From NCBI RefSeq assembly GCF_036321535.1, contig NC_087437.1, forward strand, positions 5,642,001 through 5,706,000: a DNA stretch of 64,000 bases. The letters are read 5' to 3'. How positions within the stretch are numbered: the first letter of the stretch is position 1; each line of letters starts with the position of its first letter. The position numbers were made by a program, and so were the translations under genes. Source of the stretch: Camelus dromedarius. Its lineage: Eukaryota. The notes beneath the pieces are model-generated. The model was not told the DNA's origin. It ran no database searches and saw only the letters and a list, made by a program, of their open reading frames with translations. Positions 37,241 through 49,030 of the stretch are shown in pieces.

Positions 37241-39464
37241 GGTTCAGGAAATAGCTGTTGATTTGCAGTTTGGGAGGTGGTTCCAGATCCCATCACACAG
37301 CTCCTTGGGCTGCTCTTTAATGTCCTTACACGTCCTGAGTATTTATCTAGCTGCAGAGTGTTTGTCTAACTCCTCGTGGTGGTTGCATCCATCAGGCTCT
37401 GCCTCCTTCCCCAGAGCCCCTAGTTTAGGTACCGAGCATGGAAAAGGTGCCCAGTCAGTGAGCAGCTGTTCTACAGGTAAATGCAGAGTCAAGCCCTAGT
37501 GTCTAAACTTAACCCTTTACATTTACTGAGGTAAAGAGAAGAAGGGATTCCTTGTTTGTTTTCAAATAAAAATCCCGAGAAAACATTAGGTTCTTTTGGT
37601 GACTAGAGATGAATGTCTACAAAATGCCAGTTGTCTGCAAAATGGAGAAGCAAATATCTACCTCCTGGCGTGCCGGGGACTGAATGAGGCACACGCCATC
37701 TACCTAGCAAGGAGTAAGCCGTCCATCAGCGTCATCTGAGTCTCATCTAATGAACAGAGCAAGCATATGCGGGATGGGGAAAGTCCTTAAATACTTTTAT
37801 GGCATCCACCATCTCCCCGCTGATTCATTTGTCAGGTGCCCTAAAATGAGGGAAGTTCTAGTGTTATTCTGGATCACTCCGGGCAGAACTTTTAAAGGTC
37901 TTATTTGCTCAGTGAGGCAGAAGCCCGGGAGGGCCCAGCTGTGGGGCTATAACCACACACCCAGGTTTCTGGTTCACACCCTTATTTGTTCCTGCTTCTT
38001 CTACTCTATAGGAATGGGATGGTTGTCAGTGGAGCACTGGAAAGTAAGACAGATAACAATACGAAAGAAAAGTGTCCAGGAGGGAATGACGGCTATTTGT
38101 ATGTGATTTGACTGATTTTCATAAGCATGAGAAAAAATGAGTGCCATTGCATTCAAGCTCAATATGTCAACGGCTGCCAGAACCCACCTGAGGCTGGGCC
38201 ATGGCACCCTGAGGTGAAGGCCACAGCATCTTCCCCAGGTGCTCTCCACCCGGTTCTCCCTGCTATGCCTCATCCTGTGTATCACTATCAGACAAAGCAA
38301 TTTAATAGACCACCTTCAGCTTGTCAGGAACCCTCAGGGAACCCCTCTCACCTAAAGAGGAAGTCTAAACTCCATTGCATGGTTTCCCTCCAAGGGTCTC
38401 ATCCACCATGTTGATTGAATCATGTTTTCTCACTTTCCAGGTGCTTCCCTAGCTCCAGTGAGGAAGAAGAGTTCTCTTTACTGGATGGAAAGATCCAGTA
38501 TTCACTTCCCTTCTGTGCTTTGGCCACTGCCCTTCTCCAAGATGACCTCACTGTTGCCCTTTGCTTTGTTAAATGTTACTCATTCTTCAAGACACAGTCA
38601 AGACCTGCTTTCTCCATGAAGCCCTTTCTGATTTTTCCAGCCTGTAGACATCCTGTATCTGGACTCCTCCTGCACTCATTTACAGTGCCAAAATGTTTCC
38701 CACTCTCTCATTTCTGGTTTCTGGTTTCTTATTTCTTGCTTGTGTTTTTCCAGCCAGACTTAAGTCATGTCTTGCCCTTCCAATCACATCACCAAGGTTG
38801 AAACAAGGGCTGTGTGACATTGAAAAATCCTAACTCTGGTTCAGGGTTTTCAAAATAACATCTTAGGGACTTGACCAAGAAGCAGAAGCTCGCATCTCTT
38901 CCCTCCTCCCCCTACTTTCTCCCCAGTCTTGACTTCTATCAGAAAAGTCCTGAGTTTAGATGTGTTCTGTATCGAGTACCTGAGTAAACTTACATTTGAG
39001 GAAGAGATTCCTTAGTGGAAGCTGGAGAACTCCTGGTTCCAGCCATTGGAAGCCTGGCGGTGAGCAAATGGGCTATGGGGGTGAGGAGCATTCTAGATTT
39101 GGCTCATCCTCATTCATGTCGATCAGAAAGCACAGCTCCTTGGGAGAAGTAAAGTAGCGGGTGGGGCTCAGTCCTTAGAAGATGCATCCTTGCCACACAG
39201 AAAAGTAATTTTCTCCTTGTGAGAAATTTGGAAGGCACAGAAAAGTATAAAGCAAATAAAAATCACCTCGAATCCTACCCCCGGCCCAGGCAGAAACGTT
39301 GTTAATTTTGGTGTATTTTTCCGGTCCTTCAGTCATACCCACTCTCATAAATATAACTTACCATAGCTGAGACCGTGCCGTGTGTTGAGTTGGGGATTCT
39401 CCTCTTTTTACATACAGGTACACCATGATCACTAAAAATCTTAAGTATATTTGTAACAGCTCAT

Positions 39465-40625
39465 TGTGGCTGGTTGTTTCCCCAGGAAGCAGACTCTGAG
39501 ATGTACACTGGTGATGCAGGGTGTTTATTAGGTAGTGCTGTTGAAATCCACAGTGCAAAGTCCTCTGTAAAACGGCCAAAATCCTCTGCAAAAAGCCAGA
39601 GAAGGACTAGACAGAAGGAGCATTCCCTTGTGATGTAGGCATGTTACCAAATTCAGGTCCGGCTGCTCACTGCTCAAAAGCCAATACTCTAGAGACAGGT
39701 GTTGGTAGGAAAGGAAAGGTTGCTTTATTCGGGAGGCTGGCAACCTGAGGAGCAGGTGGACTCATGTCCAATAGCCAACCCCCCATGCTCAATCAGGGGG
39801 CAAGAGCTTTTCAAGGGGAGTTTCAGGGATGCATAGGGGGAAGGAGGGGGCTACATGCAGTGCAGCACAGTTGGCTCTGATAATAATCTTGAAACTGGTC
39901 GTGCAGTGGTCTGGTCAGCATTAATCTTCAGTTCTAGAGTCAGTTTATTCCCATTTCCTTGAGATCAGTTCTTAGAATTGTGCAAGATGGAGCAGCTTAC
40001 GTCATGGCTACGGTCTCGTTGTTGTGTAGTTAACTTCTTCCACCTGGTGGGGGTTTTAGTATCTGTAAAACAGCTCAAAGGATACGGCTCAGAGTAGTAA
40101 CTGTAGCCCTTGAGGAAGAATTAAGGGTCCTTGACTTTGTTTAATGACTAAACTATTATTTTGTCCTATTGGACTGCTTTTCTTTGCTTTTTTCATTTCT
40201 CTGATTAAATTTATTCTTCGGCTAAAGATTTTCTACAGACAAAAGGCAAGTGGAGGACATGGGGCGGGCAAGTGGAGGACATGGGGCGGAGTCTATCCTG
40301 GAAAAGCCCCCACAGAGTCCTGCTCCATTACAGACCCACGGAAGGCCTTAGCCAACTCTGTGGGGGTATTCTGGAGCACAGACAGCCCTCCTGAGCTGTC
40401 CTGGTGGGAGTGAAAGGGAGGGACACTTTCATCCTGGGGGGACCACTCATTGGTTTCAGGCTGCTCCTGGGAGCCCACATGATGTAGGCTCAGCAGTGTT
40501 TTTCAGCCAAGGCAGTCCTCAAAGAAGGTTCAGAGCTGAAGGCTGTCTTGCAGCAGCCTTCCCAGAGGCTAGGAGAGTAACTCCTTCACTCCCAAAGGGG
40601 GATCTGGGCAGTGTATCAAAACCTC
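39465..40625 (-). mobile_element. MLT1F-like MaLR LTR split by a nested ERV1 LTR
   Basis: ccccaggaagcagactctgagatg...gtgtttatt, resuming at 40333 with ggccttagccaac...ctggagc and ending gggggatctgggcag. Confidence 0.7.
39642..40332 (-). mobile_element. ERV1-type solo LTR nested in MLT1
   Basis: TG...CA termini (tgttacc...cattaca), AATAAA on the minus strand (~39724-39729), degenerate TSD ggca/gacc. Confidence 0.75.
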
Positions 40626-41064
40626 TAGATTCATAATACTACACTGCGTAGCCAATAATAATAATGGCTGGAATTGAGTGCTTACCGTATGACAGCATCG
40701 TGCTAGGTGATCGCAGCCCACAGCTGCTCAAAGAGGTGATTAGTACAGGTGTCCGCTTTACCAATGAAAAAATAAGACCAGACGTGAATTTGGTCCCACA
40801 GCTGATGAGCAGGGGAGCCCAAATTTGAATCCAAAGTCCTTGCTTTATTTGTTTGGATAATTACTTAAAAGAATGTTTTCAGGTAAGTTTCCAGGCAAAA
40901 ATCTTACTACATATTCAAGCGACAAAAGGTGTGCTGCACTTTCCTGTCATGTTCATGATGAACTAGAAGGGTGAATTTCAGAAGTGGCAAAAACGATCAT
41001 TCCTGGCCCCAAGTTAGGAACACTTAAATCACTCCATGAGGGTGCACCTTTAATGTTGTGAATA

Positions 41065-41412
41065 CAAACAGCTCATGTACCTTAATTTAAAAAAAAAAGC
41101 AACCCAATCAAAAAATGGGCAGAAGACCTAAATAGATTTCTTTCCGAAGAAGATACCCAGATGGCCAACAGACACAGGCAAAGATGCTCAATATCACTAA
41201 TTATTAGAGAAATGCAAATCAAAACTACAATGAGGTATCACCCCACACCAGTCAGAATGGCCATCGTTCAAAAGTCCACAAACAATAATGCTGGAGAGGG
41301 TGTGGAGAAAAGGGAACCCTCCTACAATATTGGTGGGAATGTAAATTGGTGCAGCCACTATGGTAAGCAGTATGGAGGTTCCCTAAAATACTAAAAATGG
41401 GCTTATCATATT
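41065..41412 (+). mobile_element. Internal L1 ORF2 fragment without 3'UTR or poly(A)
   Basis: ORF 41161 ([16 protein letters not shown]...[10 protein letters not shown]) is L1 ORF2. Flanked by ttaa(t)gttgtgaata direct repeats. Confidence 0.9.
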
Positions 41413-42029
41413 AAGTTGTGAATAAAAGGCACTAGAGACTGTCAGGAGTTACTTATAACACGTTCCATTCAAACTCTTTTGTTTAAAACACAAAGCAGCA
41501 ACTATGCATCGATGTAAAACCTCCAGCTCAACCTGCCCTCTTTTTTCTGCTGTGCATGTAAGTGATTATTTCTACTGCATTTGAGAGGGAGGGCAAGGCT
41601 GGGTCGGATGTGGCCTCCCAAATCTGTTTAGCATAGCACATCTAGTGTCATTTCCTACCCCTGAGAAGCTATTCCAATTAAGGGACAGTAAAAACTAATA
41701 TTTAATTCTTCATGTTATCATAGACGTTAGAGTTTTTGGGGTGAAATTCAGCTTTCATTCTTAACTTCATACGCCCATTTGACTAAGTTTTTCCCCAAGC
41801 CTACCCAGAATTTTCAGATTTCTTAAACAAAATGTGCCTGGAGAGAGGAAGGTTTTACCAGTTTTTTGTACCACACTAATTGCCGTCTTGTCATCTACAC
41901 ATTGTGCTTAGTAGTCAAAATGAATACTGTTGCAGGGCGATCACATTTGTTTGTTTATTTATCCCACTTAAGCATCAGCACAAAAATTAAAATGCAGGGT
42001 CGGTTTTTGCTGGGGAGTGTTCTCAGCCG

Positions 42030-42180
42030 GGTGATGCGGTTGCCAGGCAACCTGTGGGCGGGCGTTAGATGGAGGAAGGGAAAGCTCGCGTCAGCAGGCG
42101 CTGCGACAGCTCCATTGGCTTTCATTTCAAAGGTGCTAAATAATAGGGCCGTGCAATTCGCCTCCTTTCGCCCAATTTGC
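42030..42180. promoter_or_regulatory. Candidate enhancer/promoter with an RFX X-box
   Basis: GGTTGCCAGGCAACC (42038-42052), an adjacent GC box gtgggcgggcg, a reverse CCAAT (attgg ~42114), and retained CpGs. Confidence 0.5.
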
Positions 42181-42258
42181 TTACTTTTCTTCCTGAATGG
42201 AAAATTAATCTGGTTTAGTGCCGGGTGACATTTGCAACCATGCTTCCTCTGCCAGGCA

Positions 42259-42293
<35 letters not shown>

Positions 42294-42344
42294 TCTCCCA
42301 CTTTGGGAAATAAGGAAGGTTTGTTTTTAGTTCATGTTTTACAA

Positions 42345-42480
42345 TCTTTCCTCTTTCTTTCCTCCCTCCCTCCCCTCCCTCTCTCCCTCCTTTCTTCCTT
42401 CCTCTTTCTTTCTTTTCTTTTCTTTTCTTTCTTTTTTTTCTTTTCTTTCTTCCTTCCTTCCTTCCTTCCTTCCTTCCTTC

Positions 42481-42547
<67 letters not shown>

Positions 42548-42710
42548 TTTCCTTCCTTCCTTCCTCTCTCTTTTTCTTTCTCCTCCCTTCTTTCCTTCCT
42601 TCCCTCCCTCTCTTCTTCTGTCTTTCCTGTCTTTTCCCTTTCTTCCTCCTTCCCTCTCTCCTTCCCTCTCTCTCCTCCTTTCTTTCTCCTTCCCTTTCGT
42701 TCTTTTTTTG
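42345..42710 (+). repeat. Compound (CTTT)n/(CCTT)n polypyrimidine microsatellite
   Basis: About 365 bp that is almost purely C/T, including a pure (TTTC)n run at ~42483-42545. Confidence 0.95.
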
Positions 42711-45700
42711 GTTAAGAAAACACAGGATCAAGGCAAGAGACTGAAGAGCTCAGGAAAAAGAGAGAGTCCCGGACAGCACTTTATGAACCATAAACACTCG
42801 CACACATCTTCTAGAAAGCCATGTTTAATAATGTTCATTTGTTCCTTGAGCTTCGGAAACACATATACACATAGACATGGGTGAGACAAAACCCCTGCAG
42901 GTATCGAGTGCCTCACGTCAAAAAGGGTGGTTCTGGGGTCTCAGGGGAGGGGATTGGGGTAGGAAGAACCCTCCCAGGTCCTGCACAGGAGATGCAAGAA
43001 CTGACCTAGGCAATAGGCAATGCTTGGGGAATTTGGCAAGAGGTCAAGGGGCCTGCATTTCTGCTGCAGCTCAGAGCCAGCATATCCTTTTCTTGGGCTC
43101 ACATATAAGGCTAACACAGCCCTAACAATGTACCTTGCACAGAGTAGGTGCTCAACAAACATCCTGGCAATGCACAGTGTTCACATGCGGAGCCCGGATG
43201 CAGGAAGTGCTGTCGGAACAGCTGCGCTCAGTCCTGGACTTGCAGGGGAGTGTATTTTGGGCGTCGTGTAATTTCCTGTCTCAGGGATGAAGAAAATGGA
43301 CTAGCAGCCAAGGCTGGCAAGCTGTTCCCAGCTGAATGTGAACCAGGCTTCGTCTCTGCCTCCTCAAAAAAACCTCCTATGTTTTTTCCCCTTTGGGTCA
43401 TTTAATTTTCATCTGCATGTTCTAAGTTTGCAAGAGCTATGGAGAGTGGGTTCACGGTTACCTTCAGAATGATAGGAGGCTTTAATAAGATTCCCATGCT
43501 TTTGCGGATTTTTAAAAACCTGGTATCCCGGCTAAGAATGCTAAGAGGTTCTTTGGAACTACCCGTCCTTTCTTTCTTCCTTTCCATTGCTATATGTAGT
43601 TTAGGTCTTTGCTGTCTGGGCTGGGTCTTTACTGTCTGGGCTGGGCACTGGTCCAAACTGCTAACTGGGCTTCCCGCTGGCAGACTTCTCCCTGCCCAGT
43701 CTATGCACTGTGTCCTCACAGCCTGCTTCCTTCCATGAGCTGTCATTTGCAGAATCCTCTCCAGCTGTCTGTCCTTTGTCCTAAACACCACATTCATCCA
43801 CTGTTGCTCCATAGCCTCACATCAGCTCTGTTCACAATCACAGACCACAGAACCCCCAGAATGGAAGCCAAGCCACCTTGGTGGTCTGCAGGGGTTTTCT
43901 CCGAGGTCTAGGAGCTCTCAGAGTTTGAGAAACTAAATTTTCACTTACACAGCTCACCCTCTATAGTGCTTGTAAAGTTGAATTTTTGAACCCAATGTAG
44001 TGTTTTACATTGATCTTGTAATAGGCAGTTAGTTACAGGGGAGAGGCACAGCCAGGAGAGCAAGAGAGAGAAGAAATAGGGGCAAAGAGAAGGGTGGACA
44101 TCCAAGGGAAAGGGGGAAAGGAGAAGGAGCCATCAGTAGAAGGATGAAGGGCCCATCTTTGGAAGGATGGAGAGAGAGGATCAATGATGGAGGAGGACAT
44201 TCAGGGCCCCCACGAGAGGACTTGGTGATCTTAGAGCAAAACATATGCTTTCCGATAATTGAGAGGTGACAGGCAGCAGAATAAAGGACTCGGGGATACT
44301 GGGGAGAGTTGAAAGCCCAGGGCAGGAGGTTTTGAGTCGGTCTTCTCAGTAGGAGAAGTCCACCTCGGCAAACATTGACCTGAGCAATACAGATTGGGGG
44401 AACTGCGATCCTTTTTCCTCTCGCTCTTCCTCCCACTTCTGATGTTTTCCATCCTTCCCCCCATCTCTGGGATATCTTATCTTTCTTTTTCCTGTTTCTG
44501 GAATCAATTAGTCAATCAATCAATCAATTGATCAACCTCCTCCTTTTCTTCTCTTACTTTAAAAGCAAGTTATATTTCTTGATCTATTAGTAGGTTATGA
44601 AACCAGCGTTGTGAGTTATAACAAGCATTTTCAAAGATTTGAAATAGGAAAGATTATATAGAAGAATTTACAATAAAATAGAAAACATCTCTGTGCATCT
44701 TAGGGTAGGGGTAAACTTTTGTTTCAGTTATGTATGTAGAGGTGAATGTCTGTGTGTAAAATCATTTTCATATTGTAGATTATGGTCAAGGAAAGTTTGA
44801 AGGCCACTGGGATATAATTTACAACTGAAGAAATCTCTTTAATATTTGATATAACTAATAACCTTTTTCTGATGAGGGCTTTTAAGAAGATCGTATTGAT
44901 AAAGTTTTAATATTTTTTCCTCAACGTCTACCCCCTCCCCCCTAAAAAATCAGAAATTGTAAAATTACTTTTTCCTGAAATGTTTTTCTTCTTGTGGATT
45001 AGCATACGTGGAAAGGAAATGTGTTTTCTAGCTGAAAAACCTCATAAAACCCAGAGTTCACATAAAGTACTGGCTTCAGTTAAATCTGCAGGCAATATTC
45101 ATTAGCTGGGTGCAAAGCATTTCTGACCATTAGGTTGTCGGCTCTGAGTGGTCGAATTTCATTAACCACTCTCGGATACAGTAATGGTAGGCAATGGGGC
45201 GTTGAAACATGTAATTGATCAATTTTTCATTAAATACGGCAGGTTTGCTTGGGACTTGGAGAGGTACGGGGAGAGGAACCCGAGCCTACCTTCAAGAAAC
45301 TTCCCTCCTTGAGTTCAGGTCTGTTCTGCTGATCAAAAGAAAACGTGTGGTTTCCTGATGTGCACCAGTTCACTGAGCATGCGTATTAACTCAGATACAG
45401 CCTGGGTGGTCATTCCACCCTCCTTTTTGTCTTTACTGTTCTCTAACTCTCAAAAGTAACACGTAGTTGTTGAATGGGAATCAAACCAGACAGGCGTGGA
45501 AGGTGTGAAAAACCTGAGTGTTCTTCCTGCTCCTCCATCCGACAGCTCCCAGCCTTGTGCCTCACTCCAGAAGGTAACATCTGTAACTTTTTGACTTGGC
45601 TTGGCTTCGACTGAAACAGAATCAGAAAATAGTTGCCCCACTCACCCCGGCCACATTTCGAACGCCCCCTCGCCATGTGTGGCCGTTGGCTACTGGACTG

Positions 45701-46192
45701 GGCAGCACAGATAAAGAACATTTCCGTTATCACAGCGAGTCCTGTTGGACAGCGTGGGGGGCTAGACTTCCCACAGGCCAGTACTAACACACGTGTACGT
45801 CTTGCTATGGTGTTCAGAAGAGAGGACTGATGACCACAACGGTGAGAACTCATTCCTCCACACAGACATGAAACAAGTCTTGAACAGAGAAAGTTGGATA
45901 ACTATGGAAGTGTGGCAAGGGATTCCCTGTGGGCAGTGGGGGCAAACTCGGTCCGGGCAGGAAAGAGGTGGCCGTCTTTGCATGGGTGCCTCAGGCAGAC
46001 GCCAGACCAGTGCCTCTTTCCAGTTACCACTGGTGTCTGACCAATCTACTCAACTGGCTCATTAGACCTGTGATTCAGGAAAGAGCAGAGGCTCCCCCTT
46101 GGACAAACTGCCTCCCTCATGCTTAACATCCTATGGAAATAATTGTCTCTTAGGACAGACTAATGCACAAGAGGTTAGCACTACATAATTTC

Positions 46193-46337
46193 TTTTCTCT
46201 TTTTATTTTTTATCATTTTTTGAGGGGTGGGTAATTAGGTTTGTTTATTTATTTATTTAATGGTGGTACTGGGGATTAAACCCATGACCTCATGCATGCT
46301 AAGCACACACTCTACCACTGAGCTATACCCCCCCCCC
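46193..46337 (-). mobile_element. Camelid tRNA-Ala SINE
   Basis: TSD gcactacataatttc (46178-46192) / gcactatgtaatttc (46338-46352). The two copies differ in a way consistent with opposite-strand decay of one CpG. Confidence 0.9.
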
Positions 46338-47454
46338 GCACTATGTAATTTCAATAATGAAGAAGCTGAAATCATTTATGTACCTACTACATGCAGTAAT
46401 ACATACAATAAAATAAGTCATGGCACTATTCAGCTGTTGAAAATCATTCTTGCGAAGAATATTTAATGATATGGGAGCATACTTAAATGAGAAATGAAAA
46501 GCTGTATGTCTCTAAAATTGTGGGGTTTTTTTCTGGGTGATGGGATTGTGGGCGATTTTTGTATTATTTGTACTTTCCTGTATTTTCCACATTATTTATA
46601 TTAAACACGTTCGTGTTTGTATTCTCTTTATCCTGAAGTATTTCCACATGTATTTTCTGAGACCAAGGACATCCTCTTACATAACCACAGTAAAATGATC
46701 AAATCAGGAAATTTAACACTGAGACAGAACTAGTATCTAATCTATGATTCACATGCAAATGTTTATCCCTATCATGCCCCGCTGCCCATCCAGGATCAAA
46801 GCCAGCGTTACATATACTATACTTCTTTTTAATTAGAAATGATAAACACCTTTTCTCTCTTTATATCAGAAGGCATTTGTGTGTAAATAACTGTCATGGC
46901 AAAGTAGAGAGAATATTCCTTTATAGGCTACCTCTGATTTTTCCTGCTTAAATCGTTTATATTTCCGTTTGATCACTCTCAATGTTTTTTTGTTTTTGTT
47001 TTTGTTTTATTTTTATTAGGTGGTTACATGCAGTATGTGGCAATAGGCATTAAGGCCAGGTATAATTTTTTGGTGCAGACCTAATAAAATGTTTATAGTG
47101 AGTGAAGAATGAGGATTCATTCATTCATTTATTCAGTCACTCATTCATTCAGTAATAATGGACAGTCTGGTTCAGACAAGACACAGACCTTGAAATCAAA
47201 TTATTTAAAATTGAGAGGTCAAAATTTGTAGTCTTTTTCTCCATGTCAGTAGAACTGTCCATAAACCATCTTTAACTAATAATTGATCTCTGTTGCTTAA
47301 GGAAATATACTCACAGATACACACAGAGACACAGACACACACATAGAGATACACACACACCAGATGCATGCACTCACATGGCGAGGTGGGGAGTGATGGC
47401 ATGAAAGAATAAGACTCACTGTCTTAAGAAGATAGATTTGATCTCATGCAATGA

Positions 47455-47622
47455 AATTTTTTTTTTCTATTGAAGTACAGTATAGTCAGTTTACAATGTT
47501 GTGTCAGTTTCTGGTGTACAGCCTAGTGTTTCGGTCATACGTATACATACATATATTTGTCTTCATATTCTTTTTCATTATAGGTTACTACAAGATATTG
47601 AATATAGTTCCCTGTGCTATAG
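47455..47622 (-). mobile_element. Short L1 3' tail
   Basis: tattgaagtacag...ttacaatgttgtgtcagtttctggtgtacagc...aatatagttccctgtgctata. Confidence 0.85.
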
Positions 47623-47779
47623 ATTGATAAGGTGAAATCCTGTATCCTCATCCGTGCCCAGACAGAAAGACTCACAGACTTTAACCAATAGCTTCCATGA
47701 AATGAATATTCTTACTGTTTGTAAGTTATAGAGTTATGCAGGTTTTATTTTTAGAAAGTACATAAGTATTTTAAAAATT

Positions 47780-49030
47780 TGTTACTAATCGAATTATTGG
47801 TAGATAATTTACTTATAATAAGATGCACAAATGTAAAGTATATACTGTTTGATGAGGTTTGACGACTGTATACACCTGTGCATCACCATACACTCGAGAT
47901 GTTGAGTATCTCCATCACCCAGTTTAGTTCCGTCCTGCCTCCCTGAATTCAAGCACATCCCCCACAGCTTCCTTTCACCCCAACCCTAGGCAACCACTGT
48001 TCTGATTTCTGTCACCATAGGTAAGTTTTTCTGGTTTTACAACTTGATATCCATGGAATTACACAGTATACACTCTTTTGCATCGTTCACGTAATGGTTT
48101 CAAGAGCCATCCACATCGCTGAGGGTCAGCGTCTTGCTCCTTTTTATTACCGAGTAGTCAAATCCATCGTACAAAGAGAGCACAGTCTGTTTGTCCGTTC
48201 ATCTGTGACGGATGTTTGGGTGCTTTCACTTTGGGGCTGTTATGAATAAAACTCTTATACAACGTTCACATCCATTTCTTTTGTGGATATTTGCTATCAT
48301 TTCTCTTGAATAAATACCTAAAATTTCAATGACTAAGTTCTGGGATGGGTAAACACTTAACTTTATAACAAACTACCAAGTTACTTTCCAAAGTGGCAGT
48401 CCCATTTTACGTTCCCGCTGACAGTGCAGGAGAGTTTCAGTTGTTCTGCATCGTCATCAACATTTGGGGTTGTCAGTCTTCCTACTGTCACCAGTTCTAG
48501 AGAGTGCAGAGTGGCATCTCTTTGTGATTGTGATTTGAGTTTCCCTGATGACTGTTGATGTTGAGTATCTTTTATTTCTGAGCTCTTTGGCTGTTTGCAT
48601 AACTTCTTTTTGAAATGGCTGTTCTAGTCTTTTGCTTATTGTTTTCCCACCGGGCTGCTGCTTGTTATTGGGTTGTAAGTGTTCTCGACGTATTTGGGAT
48701 ACAAGGTATTTGTCAGGTAGATGTGTTGCTGATGTTTTGTCTCCATCTGTGGCTTATCTTTGCCTTTCCTAATGGTGTCTTCTGAGGGGCAGGAGTTCTA
48801 AATGGTTTATTTTTCTCTTTTATGGTTAAAGCTTTTTCCTTAAGAAATCTTTGCCTAACCCAAATTGCGAAGATATTCTCCAGAAGCCTTTCTTTTAGAT
48901 TTCCCAAACTATAAATAGTTTTAGCTGTCACAGTTAGGTATATGATCCATTTTGAGTTAATTTTTTTTGGTATGGTATGAGATAAGGGTTGAGATTCAGT
49001 TTCTTTTATATGGATATCCAGCTTTGATGA
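47780..49030 (-). mobile_element. Old L1 (L1MB/ME-like) 3' region
   Basis: cctaggcaaccactgttctgatttctgtcaccatag, ttttggggctgttatgaataaa-like, atgatccattttgagttaattttt. Confidence 0.85.

Noticed and set aside
42303..42884. 193-aa ORF and overlapping F/L/S-rich or K/E/R-rich ORFs
   Set aside because: These are translations of the (CTTT)n/(CCTT)n microsatellite, which lacks stop codons by composition.
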